In this document: positions 27,990 to 37,663 of the stretch, piece after piece
Position numbering within the stretch: position 1 is the first letter of the stretch
Layout: each line of letters opens with the position of its first letter
From: Candidatus Cloacimonadales bacterium
Lineage (GTDB): Bacteria; Cloacimonadota; Cloacimonadia; Cloacimonadales; DAONDQ01
Direction of reading: 5' to 3'
DNA length: 64,000 nt
Assembly: GCA_963662275.1 (NCBI GenBank)
Contig: OY759316.1
Location: forward strand, 1,504,001-1,568,000
Program-made: the position numbers and the translations under genes
The notes under the pieces: model-generated
Told to the model about the DNA's origin: nothing
Database searches by the model: none
What the model saw: only the letters and a program-made list of their open reading frames with translations

Positions 27990-29224
27990 GCGAAGTGATG
28001 ACGTGGGGAGATCTCTTTGCTGGAGGTGGCGGTGCTACTTGCGGGGCACTTGGAGTGAAGAATACTCAGGTATTGTGGGCACTGAATCACAGTGCCTCAG
28101 CCATTGCTACACATGCAGCTAATCACCCGGAAACAGTTCATTATCAGGCTGACATCAGATTCCAGGATGAACACGATCTGGCAGAAGTGGATGGAATCTG
28201 GATGTCTTCCGAGTGTACCAACTTTACTAAAGCGAAAGGTGGGAAAACACGTGATCTTGGAAGTTATAGTCTTCCCTGGGAGCTGTTGAGATTTGCTAAA
28301 CAGTGTAATCCATCAGTTATCATTGTGGAAAATGTTAAAGAATTTTTAAATTGGGGTGAATGGAAAGATGAGCATAAAGTCATTCATGATCGGGGAGTAA
28401 CATACAATAAATGGGTTCGCAAGCTAAGACGCATGGGATATTCAAATTATCAATATCAATTACTAAATGCTGCTGACTTTGGAGCCTACACGTCCAGAAT
28501 TCGCTATTTTGGCATCTTTACAAAGAAAGGGCATAAAATACAGTTTCCGAAGCCAACACATCATAAAACAGGTGCAAACGGTCTTTTAACGTGGATGCCA
28601 TGCAAAGATAAAATTAATCTGAATGATATAGGGAAAAGCATTTGGGAAATGGATTTATGTCCTAATACCATCACCCGGATAGAAGCCGGGCTTAAGAAGT
28701 TTGGAGGCGATCCTTTTATATTGAAGTATTACGGGTCTAAAGGCTGTGATAACAGTTCTTCACTCAATGAGCCATTAGGTACACTCATGACAAAAAGTCA
28801 TCATGTAGTTATTCAATTCCTGGTCAAATATGGCTATCACAATCCAAAGCATCCTGAACTAAATGCTGAAAGTCTTGATCAGCCTATTTCAACACTGATA
28901 ACGACCGAAAGACAAGTCTTGATCACTCAATTTTTAATGAGTTATTACTCTTCACCAAGACCTCAACATATGTGCCATTCATTAAATTCACCAGTGCCAA
29001 CATTAATGACCACTGACAGACATGCCATTATTACTCAAAACGGCTATGATATATACTATCGATTTATTTCAGTCCAGGAAGCCAAAGAGCTGCAAGGGTT
29101 TCCAGCGGAGTATATATTAGAAGGCTCTAAAACACAACAATTAAAACAAATAGGTAATGCGGTTGTGCCACTCATAGCAAAACTGCTCATTGAACACAAC
29201 TACTTGGAGGTGAAAGTTGCCTAA
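27986..29224 (+). CDS. C5-cytosine DNA methyltransferase
   Basis: DLFAGGGG, SSECTNF, VENV, RIRYF, ELQGFP, QIGNAV. Confidence 0.92.
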   Translation: MSEVMTWGDLFAGGGGATCGALGVKNTQVLWALNHSASAIATHAANHPETVHYQADIRFQDEHDLAEVDGIWMSSECTNFTKAKGGKTRDLGSYSLPWELLRFAKQCNPSVIIVENVKEFLNWGEWKDEHKVIHDRGVTYNKWVRKLRRMGYSNYQYQLLNAADFGAYTSRIRYFGIFTKKGHKIQFPKPTHHKTGANGLLTWMPCKDKINLNDIGKSIWEMDLCPNTITRIEAGLKKFGGDPFILKYYGSKGCDNSSSLNEPLGTLMTKSHHVVIQFLVKYGYHNPKHPELNAESLDQPISTLITTERQVLITQFLMSYYSSPRPQHMCHSLNSPVPTLMTTDRHAIITQNGYDIYYRFISVQEAKELQGFPAEYILEGSKTQQLKQIGNAVVPLIAKLLIEHNYLEVKVA

Positions 29225-29456
29225 TCAATATACAAGCCAACCAACATACACAGACAAGCTGGAGAAGCTTGGATATCAGACACTTCAGAAGAATCTATCA
29301 TGGATCAATGAGAAAGGTGATATTGTGAGACTGCGCCAGGCTAAGGACGCAAAGCAATATCCGTTTTCATTCAATAGTACTGTTAAATTACAATCAATCG
29401 AAGAACTTATTAACCACGAAACACACGAAACAAACGAAAAGGAGAGGACGTTATGA
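29217..29456 (+). CDS. Small hypothetical early protein
   Basis: RBS GGAGGT, tight packing. Confidence 0.5.
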   Translation: MPNQYTSQPTYTDKLEKLGYQTLQKNLSWINEKGDIVRLRQAKDAKQYPFSFNSTVKLQSIEELINHETHETNEKERTL

Positions 29457-29629
29457 CTATTAAGGAGCTATCTGAGAAATACGGTGAGGATAAGCACTTA
29501 TATCTAATTGATGAAGATGCTCCGTATGGATTTAGAGTTGTTGAACCTGAAATGATAGCAACCGGATCTATAAAAGCAAGTTATCCAGATAAATCAACGA
29601 AAGTAATCGATATGGTGCTGATAGGTTAG
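29453..29629 (+). CDS. Small hypothetical early protein (58 aa, not in ORF track)
   Basis: RBS GAGGA, ATGA overlap, MTIKELSEKYGEDKHLYLID... Confidence 0.55.
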   Translation: MTIKELSEKYGEDKHLYLIDEDAPYGFRVVEPEMIATGSIKASYPDKSTKVIDMVLIG

Positions 29630-29636
29630 GTAAAAG

Positions 29637-29825
29637 ATGAAAGATAAAAAAGATGAGCTTATGATTACGATTACTTTTAATGGCAAGACTTCCGGTCCAA
29701 TATCAAACACGGAGTTCGTGAAGCGGTGTAATGCTATAACTCGAGAAAGCAAAAGGATTGTCAGAAAACGCAATAAATTAAAACAGCAGGATAGGCGTCC
29801 TGCTCAACAAGGAGAAAAACCATGA
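29637..29825 (+). CDS. Small hypothetical early protein
   Basis: Tight packing, ATGA overlap with the next gene. Confidence 0.5.
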   Translation: MKDKKDELMITITFNGKTSGPISNTEFVKRCNAITRESKRIVRKRNKLKQQDRRPAQQGEKP

Positions 29826-30469
29826 GCAAAGAAAAGAAACCGATTAATGACAGCGCTACAAAGCAACCCAAGGAAAAGAAGGTCGAGTACTGGGTAGATC
29901 CCCAGGGAAACAAAGTCAACGTGAAATACATCAGCAAACACGTTAAAGAGAGAACAGTACTGGTGCAAAACATCATGGCAGATGCTCAAAAGATACGTCA
30001 GATCATGAGCAATTTCAAAGAAGCGGTTAAAATGAGAGTAGAAAGCTTCCTGGAAGATACTGCAGGTGAATATGGTGAAAACTGGAAGGGAAATGCAATC
30101 CTAATGAATTTCAGTGAAAACCAGCGCATATCCATCAAAATCAACAGGGTAATGAACTTCGATGAAAGACTGATGATCGCAAAGCAGAAGCTTGACCGCT
30201 GCCTGGTGAACTGGACCAAGGAAGGTCGTAAGGAAATAGCGCAACTGGTTGGTCAGGCATTCGATGTAGATAAGAAAGGCAACATTAACAGGTCAAAGAT
30301 CATCAGCCTGTTTAAAATCGAATCCAACGATAGCGAATGGAAGGAAGGAATACAACTGATTAAAGACAGCATGGTTGAAGAAACAATGAAGGAATATATC
30401 ATGTTCCAGTACAGAAACGAGGAAAACGGCAACTGGGATAACGTGATATTGGATTTTGCCAGGCTGTAA
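29822..30469 (+). CDS. DUF3164 family protein of Mu-like phages
   Basis: YWVDPQG, KGNAILMNF, FDERLMIAKQKLD, AFDVDKKGNIN, W..I.LDFA. Confidence 0.85.
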   Translation: MSKEKKPINDSATKQPKEKKVEYWVDPQGNKVNVKYISKHVKERTVLVQNIMADAQKIRQIMSNFKEAVKMRVESFLEDTAGEYGENWKGNAILMNFSENQRISIKINRVMNFDERLMIAKQKLDRCLVNWTKEGRKEIAQLVGQAFDVDKKGNINRSKIISLFKIESNDSEWKEGIQLIKDSMVEETMKEYIMFQYRNEENGNWDNVILDFARL

Positions 30470-30482
30470 GTTAGGAGTTGAG

Positions 30483-30728
30483 ATGTATCAACCACAAACT
30501 GATCTGTTTGGTAACGAAATATCACCAAAACGGAAGACCAGGGAAAAGCTGGAAGCTGAGTATGGTATCAGTATCAGGCAGGTGGCACGTCCTTTTATGG
30601 CAGGTGATTCGTATGTTATACGGGATTATGTTTATTATGAACAAGGATCAAATAAGGCGAGTGTTCCTTTTTCGAACCTGATCCTTCTTGAAATGGCTCT
30701 CAAAGAATCCAGAGGGATAGTAGATTGA
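30483..30728 (+). CDS. Small hypothetical protein
   Basis: RBS AGGAG; MYQPQTDLFGNE. Confidence 0.6.
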   Translation: MYQPQTDLFGNEISPKRKTREKLEAEYGISIRQVARPFMAGDSYVIRDYVYYEQGSNKASVPFSNLILLEMALKESRGIVD

Positions 30729-30885
30729 TCTCACTGAGTTCTTACGTAACCCCCACCCGGTACGGTGGGGGCTGGCAAGCACTAAGTCAGAAGAAACTGA
30801 ATAAATTCAGCTGTACACGTTATAAATAACGCGTTACAAGCTGTGATCTTTGATACGTTTATAGTGTGGCTTTCAGGAAATTTAT

Positions 30886-31070
30886 TGACAGAATAAATCC
30901 CTTGTAGTTGTTTCGCAACATCAAAACATCCAAGGGGTTTAACCCTGCCTGAGGGTTTTGTCGTATATATACGGTAAAATCAATATAGGTTAAATACCTG
31001 AGACTCTCTGACCAGTGATGGCAGGGGCGCACCCTTGGATGCGTTGATAAGTCTCAGGTTTATTTTTATC
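30886..31070 (+). promoter_or_regulatory. Structured leader of the antirepressor gene
   Basis: TTGACA at 30886; three perfect inverted-repeat pairs of 10, 7 and 10 bp; U-rich tail. Confidence 0.6.
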
Positions 31071-31090
31071 AAAAAAATCAAGGAGGTAGC

Positions 31091-31729
31091 ATGAGCCAAT
31101 TCATGCAGATCAATGGACAGCAGTTGCCGGTTCACGAAATAAAAGGGCAGCGGGTGATTACGATTCACCAGATCGCACAACTTCACCAGGTAAACGAAAA
31201 GAATGTTACAACTAACTTCGCAAACAACAAACGTCACTTCGTTGAAGGAAAAGACTTCTTCAAAACAGTTCAAAAAGCTCCCACCAAAAATTCTTTGGTG
31301 GAACGTGAAAGGCTGTATTTTACTGAGTCCGGTTATCTGATGCTGACGAAATCGATGAAAGATGATCTCTCCTGGGCACTGATGCGGGAGCTGGTGAACT
31401 GCTATTTTAAAGTGGCAGCGTATGAACAGCTTCTTGACTTCCTGCCTGTGGAGTTTAAACAGATGGTGTATTATCGGGCTTTGGGTCTGACACAGCCGGA
31501 AACAGCGAAACTGCTGGATGTGAGCCGGTCACAATTACAGATCATGGAAGGCAAGCTGGAAACACTGGGGTATGTGGCACCGAATCAGAATGGGAAACGC
31601 AAATGGGTACTTCCCTCAACTCTCCCGGAGAAGAAGAATCAAACTCTCCCGGCTAAAGCCACCCTCCCTTTATCCAAAGGGAGGAATAAGACCGGAGGGG
31701 AGCATGGAAAAGCTAAGAACGCTAATTGA
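31091..31729 (+). CDS. ORF6N-domain antirepressor-like DNA-binding protein
   Basis: EIKGQRVITIHQIAQLHQV, NFANNKRHFVEGKDFF, FTESGYLMLTKSMKDDLSW. Confidence 0.85.
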   Translation: MSQFMQINGQQLPVHEIKGQRVITIHQIAQLHQVNEKNVTTNFANNKRHFVEGKDFFKTVQKAPTKNSLVERERLYFTESGYLMLTKSMKDDLSWALMRELVNCYFKVAAYEQLLDFLPVEFKQMVYYRALGLTQPETAKLLDVSRSQLQIMEGKLETLGYVAPNQNGKRKWVLPSTLPEKKNQTLPAKATLPLSKGRNKTGGEHGKAKNAN

Positions 31730-31859
31730 TGATATGATGCTGATCAACTCAGCAATCGCAGAACTGGCAGACTGCTCAAAAAACGAGAATGCACTATTTG
31801 TGCTTACCCAGGATATGGATAGGAAATTGAAAGAAGCCTGGGAAGTGGCAGTGAATTAG
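31704..31859 (+). CDS. Small hypothetical protein
   Basis: RBS GGAGGG; MEKLRTLIDDMMLINSAIAELAD... Confidence 0.5.
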   Translation: MEKLRTLIDDMMLINSAIAELADCSKNENALFVLTQDMDRKLKEAWEVAVN

Positions 31860-31924
31860 AAGAACAGAGAATCAAACGCCCCCTTAATCCCCCTCTTTAT
31901 CCAAAGAGGGGGAGAACGGACCTG

Positions 31925-31951
31925 AAGGCAGCTTAACGGCTGCCTTTTTTA
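31925..31951 (+). terminator. Intrinsic terminator
   Basis: aaggcagc-ttaacg-gctgcctttttt. Confidence 0.8.
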
Positions 31952-32011
31952 TTATACTGAAGGCTGCATAAAGAAAGAAGATGGATCCCCGATCAGGTCG
32001 AGGATGACAAT

Positions 32012-32224
32012 ATGATTAGCAGAGAGGTAAAAATGAAAAAAGAGCATAGCCGTTTGAAAACAGCGTTCCGGTGTATTGTACCAGGCTGCCAACAGAAAGA
32101 TGACTGCAGTTGGAATCGGAAACGGCTGTGCGCCCTGCGTTATTACTATCTGCTTGAAATATTGGAACGTAAACAACGCAATGCTGAGATTGAAAAAGTT
32201 CTTGGAAAAGAATGGAAAATGTAA
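32012..32224 (+). CDS. Small Cys-containing hypothetical protein
   Basis: CIVPGC...C...C; RBS AGAGGT before MKKEH. Confidence 0.5.
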   Translation: MISREVKMKKEHSRLKTAFRCIVPGCQQKDDCSWNRKRLCALRYYYLLEILERKQRNAEIEKVLGKEWKM

Positions 32225-32293
32225 GATGGAAGATGGAAGAATGGCAGAGCAGACAGCAGGATCGGCGTCCTACTCTACGAAAACGGAGGATAA

Positions 32294-32545
32294 ATGACAG
32301 ATAGGTGTAAACGTGATGCAGAAATTAAGAAGATGGTGCAGGTCTACCTGGATATGAATTACAACCGGAAAGAAGCGTTTGCCATTGTAGGGAAGAAGTT
32401 TTATTTAAGTGAGACCAGGATTAGGGATATAATATACAGGAAGGAAGGACAGAAGGCGAGAAGGGAAGAAGCAGGAGAATCAAACGCCCCCTTAATCCCC
32501 CTCTTTATCCAAAGAGGGGGAGACCAGAAGGGAAATAAAAGTTGA
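32294..32545 (+). CDS. Mor/C-like transcriptional activator candidate
   Basis: RDAEIKK...KKFYLSETRIRDIIY HTH at the end of the early region. Confidence 0.65.
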   Translation: MTDRCKRDAEIKKMVQVYLDMNYNRKEAFAIVGKKFYLSETRIRDIIYRKEGQKARREEAGESNAPLIPLFIQRGGDQKGNKS

Positions 32546-32574
32546 CAAGGAAAGCGCACTGATTATTATGTTTA

Positions 32575-32682
32575 TGTGAAGCATTCGTGGCAAGTATCTG
32601 CGATGACGGATGTGAACGATGCGAGGGAGATATTTCCCTTTGCTCACTTTTAGAAACACCGTGAGTAATCACGGTGTTTTTT
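32575..32682 (+). ncRNA. Putative ~105-nt structured small RNA with its own promoter and terminator
   Basis: TTGACA 32542 / TATTAT 32564; internal stems; terminator AAACACCGTGA-GTAA-TCACGGTGTTTTTT. Confidence 0.5.
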
Positions 32683-34794
32683 GTTTGCCCAGAATGTTTT
32701 CTGCGCCGATGGACTGGAAGAAGTCCTGACACCTAATCAGCGGGAAGTCAACTCGAGGTCAAGGGCGTTGCCGGCAACGGCAGGGTCTGAAGTAAGACGC
32801 AGAGGGAATATGGAACATAGCGCAAGTGAACTGATGTTGGTTTGTAGAGTGGGTAACCTTTCAAAAAGTGGGAAAGCCCGAAAGCTGGATATCTCTACAG
32901 ATTATGACAGATGGCTTCATATTCAGGCAGGAGAACTTAACTGGGGAAGCCTGTTATTGTCTACTTAAGGTAGTCGTTTCGATCAAGTTGAAAGATAAGT
33001 GAGAAGCCAAGCGATAGCAGGTGGCAGATGATTCCGTAGTAGTGACAAACCTTTTGCCTATGAAAGCTGGTGACAGTCTGGAGGATAAAACAAAAGGGAC
33101 AGCATTCACGGTAATGCTGAGGGCTGTATCTCAAAAGGATACAGTTCATGCGAAGGGATGAAGATAATCCAAAGGGATGATTTGAAATGTGGAAAGTAAT
33201 CGATGAAAAGTGAGAAACGAAGGAAGAAGCTGAAATGCTTCGAGGCTCGGTTTGACAGTGGTGACGAACTTCCTTTCAACCCCGACCGCACGAGACTGAT
33301 TAGTCAGGCAAAGCTCAAAAGCAGCAGTTCTGTCATATTGCTATATGCTAAAGAAGGCAGGACACCCTGATGAAGAGACATTCATCCTCGATGAACACCG
33401 CAAAACGAATCACAATGAGACAGGAAATGTCATGAGAAAATACTACAGCTTAATCGACAAGGTGTACTCCCTGCCCAATTTGTATGCTTCCTTTACTTCG
33501 GTGAAACGGAATAAAGGTGCATCAGGCATTGATGGGCAGAGTATAGAAAACTTTGACGAACAACTGGCAGTGAACATCAACCAACTTCACGACGAACTAA
33601 TGGCAGGTACTTACGAGCCATCACCTGTAAGGCGGTTAGAGATACCCAAACCCAATGGCAAAATGAGACCGCTTGGCATTCCAACGGTAAGAGACAGAGT
33701 AGTGCAGCAGGCAATCCTGAATATCATACAACCGATATTTGAGCCTGACTTCCATCCGTCCAGTTATGGTTACAGACCGCATCGGTCTTGCCAACATGCC
33801 GTAGCGAAAGCTCAGCGTTTTCTTACAGCGTACAATTTGGGTTATGCTGTGAATATGGACTTATCCAAGTGTTTTGACACCTTAGACCACGAACTGATAT
33901 TGAGCCGTCTGAACAGGAAAATCAGTGATGGTACATTGCTGAGATTAATCAGCCGTTTTCTCAAATCAGGAGTAATGGTCGATGGGGATTTCAAAGCTAC
34001 TGAGATAGGCAGTCCGCAAGGTGGAGTAATCTCACCCTTATTGATGAATATCTATCTGGATGAGTTCGACCAGAGGATGAAACAGCGGAACATCAGGATA
34101 GTACGTTATGCTGATGACATCCTGATATTTGCTCCGACCAGGAAAAAGGCAGAGCAATATCAAAGGATCGCGACAGCGATACTTGAAGAACTTCGCTTGC
34201 AAGTCAATCTGGAAAAGACTCATATCAGCAGTGTCGAAACAGGAATCAGCTATCTGGGATTTTTCATCAAAGGAAGCCGTGTCTGCATCGACAAGGAGCG
34301 TTTGAAACGTTTCAAGGATAAGATACGTAAGCTTACTCCCCGCAACAGTGGCATCCCAATATCCATGACGATAGGAAGCCTGAATCCTGTACTAAGGGGA
34401 TGGGGTAACTATTTCAAAGTTGCGAGTTGTAAAAGCATCTTTGCGAGCCTGATGGAATGGATACGAAGGAGGCTTCGAATGAAGAAGATGCGTGAATGGA
34501 AGAGCTGGAAAGCATTCCATAAAGCAATGCGCAGACAAGGCTTCAAGGGAGAATGCCCAAAACTATCTATGACCAGATGGCGTAACGCTCAGAGCTTCCA
34601 CTTATGCTTTGCCTTGCCGAACAAGTGGTTTGAAGAAATGAAGTTGTTTGATTTGACATCACTTCAGACAAGTGTTTTATTTAATTACTACGAGTAATTA
34701 CAAGGATTATCAGGAGCCGTGTACGAGACCCGTACGCACGGTTCTGTGAGAGGGATGATGCTGGAATTAATTAGCCAGCATCACCCTACTCGAT
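32683..34794 (+). mobile_element. Group II intron, class C (IIC)
   Basis: 5' GTTTGCCCAG directly after a terminator hairpin; short D5 GAGCCGTGTACGAGACCCGTACGCACGGTTC; D6 ending CCCTACTCGAT. Confidence 0.9.
33432..34697 (+). CDS. ltrA: Group II intron reverse transcriptase/maturase (no endonuclease domain)
   Basis: GASGIDG, RPLGIPTVRDR, SYGYRP, PQGGVISP, RYADD, LNPVLRGWGNYF. Confidence 0.95.
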   Translation: MRKYYSLIDKVYSLPNLYASFTSVKRNKGASGIDGQSIENFDEQLAVNINQLHDELMAGTYEPSPVRRLEIPKPNGKMRPLGIPTVRDRVVQQAILNIIQPIFEPDFHPSSYGYRPHRSCQHAVAKAQRFLTAYNLGYAVNMDLSKCFDTLDHELILSRLNRKISDGTLLRLISRFLKSGVMVDGDFKATEIGSPQGGVISPLLMNIYLDEFDQRMKQRNIRIVRYADDILIFAPTRKKAEQYQRIATAILEELRLQVNLEKTHISSVETGISYLGFFIKGSRVCIDKERLKRFKDKIRKLTPRNSGIPISMTIGSLNPVLRGWGNYFKVASCKSIFASLMEWIRRRLRMKKMREWKSWKAFHKAMRRQGFKGECPKLSMTRWRNAQSFHLCFALPNKWFEEMKLFDLTSLQTSVLFNYYE

Positions 34795-36310
34795 TATAAT
34801 ACTGCAGGGTGCCTTTTCTAAAGTTATTGACGTTATTTGATGTTATGATGTCAAAATATTCATAAGTTTTTCCATTAAACTCGAATAGCAAGACAATGCT
34901 CTTATCTATCTGTTTCAGCATGGCGAGTCTGTCCTTTCCATCCTTCACATAGCTCCAGATTTCATCCGGCTCATTAATAACATCCATCATGTAATTCAGA
35001 TACTTAAAACGATGGCGTAATGTTGTTACATCATAATTGTCAAATTTATCCAGAACTCCACTACGAGGATTAATGGAAATGAAGGCATTAGTGAGAATAG
35101 GATGTTCTCCTTCATTTGCTGTCAGGATATCTTCATACATCTTCTTTAAATCAATCTTAGGCACATCATCCGTGTCTATTTTCTTGGCAGCAGATACATT
35201 ACCACCATACTCAGTAAATTTATTAAGCTCAGCTTCCTTCCAAGTGATTGGTTCAGACCTTTCAAAAGGCATAAGTTTCTTTGTATCGGAGGGGTTGTTT
35301 TTCCAGTCTTCAGCTACAGGTACCTTCTCCGGCGGTTTGCTGTAATTGGGATCGGCAAGGGCTTCATCTTCTGTGAGCTGTTCGACACCACAACGGCAAT
35401 TCCAGCCATTAGGAGGATAATACTCATCCCAGAACGGATCATCCACAGACAGGACAATGCCGTTGAGTTCAGCATGTTCATCACGCGTACGCTCATCCAT
35501 GACAGCCACATAGCGGAGATAAGGAAACATGTCCTTGGTCTCCTGGATGTTCTGCCACTCACCGGCAAGATACGCGCTATTCATGGCAGTATCGAAGTTG
35601 GTACGCAAGTGATAAGGGTTCTCCGGTTCAAACCCTTTGAGCTGGATAGCATCACGCCAATCGGCAAAGGTACCGCCATTCTTCAGCACGGTTTCAAATT
35701 CAGAGCGGAGCATATCCATCATCTCTTGAGAGGCAACATGAGCGACTTCAAAACACTGATTTGAGAAAGCTGAGACTGCTGCAGTGTTCTCCAGGTTCCA
35801 GTCGAAAGAAATTAGGGAGGAGGCGTAGTCGGAATCGGCAGAGCAAGAGACCCCCCTACCCCCCTTCTCAAGGGGGGACGCAGAGCAGGTGGTGCGTACC
35901 GGCTGCTTAGTTGAGAAGCGAACTCTCCCGCCTGAAGGCACGTGAAAAGACTTACCCGCTGAAGTGGGTGCTACTTTACGTCCGTATTGATATCCCTTCA
36001 TGTAGGCGGTAAAAACGACACGTGTGAGCGTTTTCCCATACATTAAGGCGATATCGGTAGGATAAGGTATTTCGTCGGGAGATTCGCACTTTTGGAGCTT
36101 CTTCCGATATGCTTCGATTACCGGCTTCATTTCTTTGACGGCTTTGTTGGTGTTGATGCGGGATTCCAAAGAATTGGGAAAGAAAGAAGAATCAAACTCT
36201 CCCTTAATCCCTCCCTTCATCTGAGGGAGGGAGACCAGAGAAGAGGTGGAAACGCATTGGGTGCGCTGGGAATGTTTACCCGCTGAAGTGGGTGCTACGA
36301 TGGTTTTCAT
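34781..36310 (-). CDS. MuF (gp30-like) minor head protein with C-terminal PBECR-like RNase domain
   Basis: YVAVMDERTRDEHAEL, DDPFW...PPNGWNCRC; C-terminal RFKYL...EPDEIW...RKGTLQY. Confidence 0.85.
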   Translation of the reverse strand: MKTIVAPTSAGKHSQRTQCVSTSSLVSLPQMKGGIKGEFDSSFFPNSLESRINTNKAVKEMKPVIEAYRKKLQKCESPDEIPYPTDIALMYGKTLTRVVFTAYMKGYQYGRKVAPTSAGKSFHVPSGGRVRFSTKQPVRTTCSASPLEKGGRGVSCSADSDYASSLISFDWNLENTAAVSAFSNQCFEVAHVASQEMMDMLRSEFETVLKNGGTFADWRDAIQLKGFEPENPYHLRTNFDTAMNSAYLAGEWQNIQETKDMFPYLRYVAVMDERTRDEHAELNGIVLSVDDPFWDEYYPPNGWNCRCGVEQLTEDEALADPNYSKPPEKVPVAEDWKNNPSDTKKLMPFERSEPITWKEAELNKFTEYGGNVSAAKKIDTDDVPKIDLKKMYEDILTANEGEHPILTNAFISINPRSGVLDKFDNYDVTTLRHRFKYLNYMMDVINEPDEIWSYVKDGKDRLAMLKQIDKSIVLLFEFNGKTYEYFDIITSNNVNNFRKGTLQYYNRVG

Positions 36311-37539
36311 TTTGTTTCACCCGGACGGGCACGTTCATAGGTTGTATAGAAGTAATCCTCATCAAGTTTGACATTCAGGTCACGGGTAAGGATGACATCC
36401 GTTTGAGCACGCTTCAAGTTGATATCCGCTTTTTCCAGGGGAGAAGGTTCATCTTCAATCGGAATTGTGACCTCTACCCGGTTAGTATTGAAATTGATAT
36501 TATTGAGCCGGGTATATAGATTAGAACATAGGAGTTCCGCATCACGAGCATCACCGGCAAGAATGTCCTTTCTGACAGCATCATGTACATTACCCAGGGC
36601 AAATGAACCTTTATCGCCTACTCCAGTTGTGAGAGTCTGACCAAGTATTCTGGTTGTGACGGCATCCTTACAGAAGTTACATAGGTTCTTATAGAGATCG
36701 CTGCTGGCTGAGGTAGCACTATGCTGAATGAATTCCATAGCCATGTTTTCACTGATCATAGCAGCCAAATCTCCACCGGCATTGGTCAGCATATTCCAGA
36801 GTTCAGATTTTTCAGATGCAGTGGCACCAGGCTTATATTTACCAACCCTGAGCGGTTTGCCAAAGATCTCTGTGAATGATGCCCAGTTCTCCAGTGCAAA
36901 ACTGAAAAAGACATAGTACTTTAGCAGACTCTTGAGGATACTCTTTTTGCTATAAAGCTGAATGAATTGCAGGGGTGGAAGGTTCTGAAGTACTTCATCC
37001 TTGAAAAGCTGTAGGGATTTGCCGCTTGTGGTAGGTACATTTTTACCCGCTGAAGTGGGTGCTACGACGCGGAGGTCAAGGTTTTCATAATCAGCAAAGC
37101 CATTGATGGTATAGAGATTATCCTCCATAGCATATTCAATTTGCCGGAAACAATAACCACGCATTTTGAAGTCAATCACGAGATCCACAATTTCAGGATA
37201 TAAGCGGTTGGAAAGATCTGTGAAGAACTTAACCTGCTGCTCCGAAAGTTCGCTTGAACTAATTACAGGCCACTTCGATTTGAGTGCTTCAGCGCGGGTT
37301 TCGATGCGCCCTGATACGTTATCATCCTCTTCGATGAGCAACGAATAGAGCTGATCTAAAAGCAAGAGACGACCGTCATACCGAAACATCTGCTTTGCAG
37401 AGATGATCTGACCGGGCGTGATGCTTTGCAAATTGAAGCGATAAGTTGTATCATCGATAGAAACCAGGGTGACGGAGGGAGACTTACCCGCTGAAGTGGG
37501 TGCTACCTTGGCAGGAAAGAGGCGATCTAAGATATTCAT
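36307..37539 (-). CDS. Portal protein, Mu gp29/DUF935
   Basis: WASFTEIFGKPLRVGKY, ILGQTLTT, GSFALGNVHDAVRKDILAGDA. Confidence 0.92.
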   Translation of the reverse strand: MNILDRLFPAKVAPTSAGKSPSVTLVSIDDTTYRFNLQSITPGQIISAKQMFRYDGRLLLLDQLYSLLIEEDDNVSGRIETRAEALKSKWPVISSSELSEQQVKFFTDLSNRLYPEIVDLVIDFKMRGYCFRQIEYAMEDNLYTINGFADYENLDLRVVAPTSAGKNVPTTSGKSLQLFKDEVLQNLPPLQFIQLYSKKSILKSLLKYYVFFSFALENWASFTEIFGKPLRVGKYKPGATASEKSELWNMLTNAGGDLAAMISENMAMEFIQHSATSASSDLYKNLCNFCKDAVTTRILGQTLTTGVGDKGSFALGNVHDAVRKDILAGDARDAELLCSNLYTRLNNINFNTNRVEVTIPIEDEPSPLEKADINLKRAQTDVILTRDLNVKLDEDYFYTTYERARPGETK

Positions 37540-37663
37540 GGGAACTCCTTTATTAATTAAAAATTAAAAATTAAGATTTAAGAATTGGCAGAGCAGAGCA
37601 TAGCCGGATGAATCCTGCGTTCCGAATAGCAGAAGCAACCTAAAGGATGCCACTACCGTTACG

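Noticed and set aside
32681..33291. Short ORFs in the 5' part of the intron
   Set aside because: Lie within the ribozyme domains upstream of the RT ORF
33345..34697. RT as DGR, retron or defence RT (DUF1566 genes could be DGR targets)
   Set aside because: Has a maturase domain and flanking intron D5/D6; I saw no template/variable repeat pair with adenine-specific mismatches
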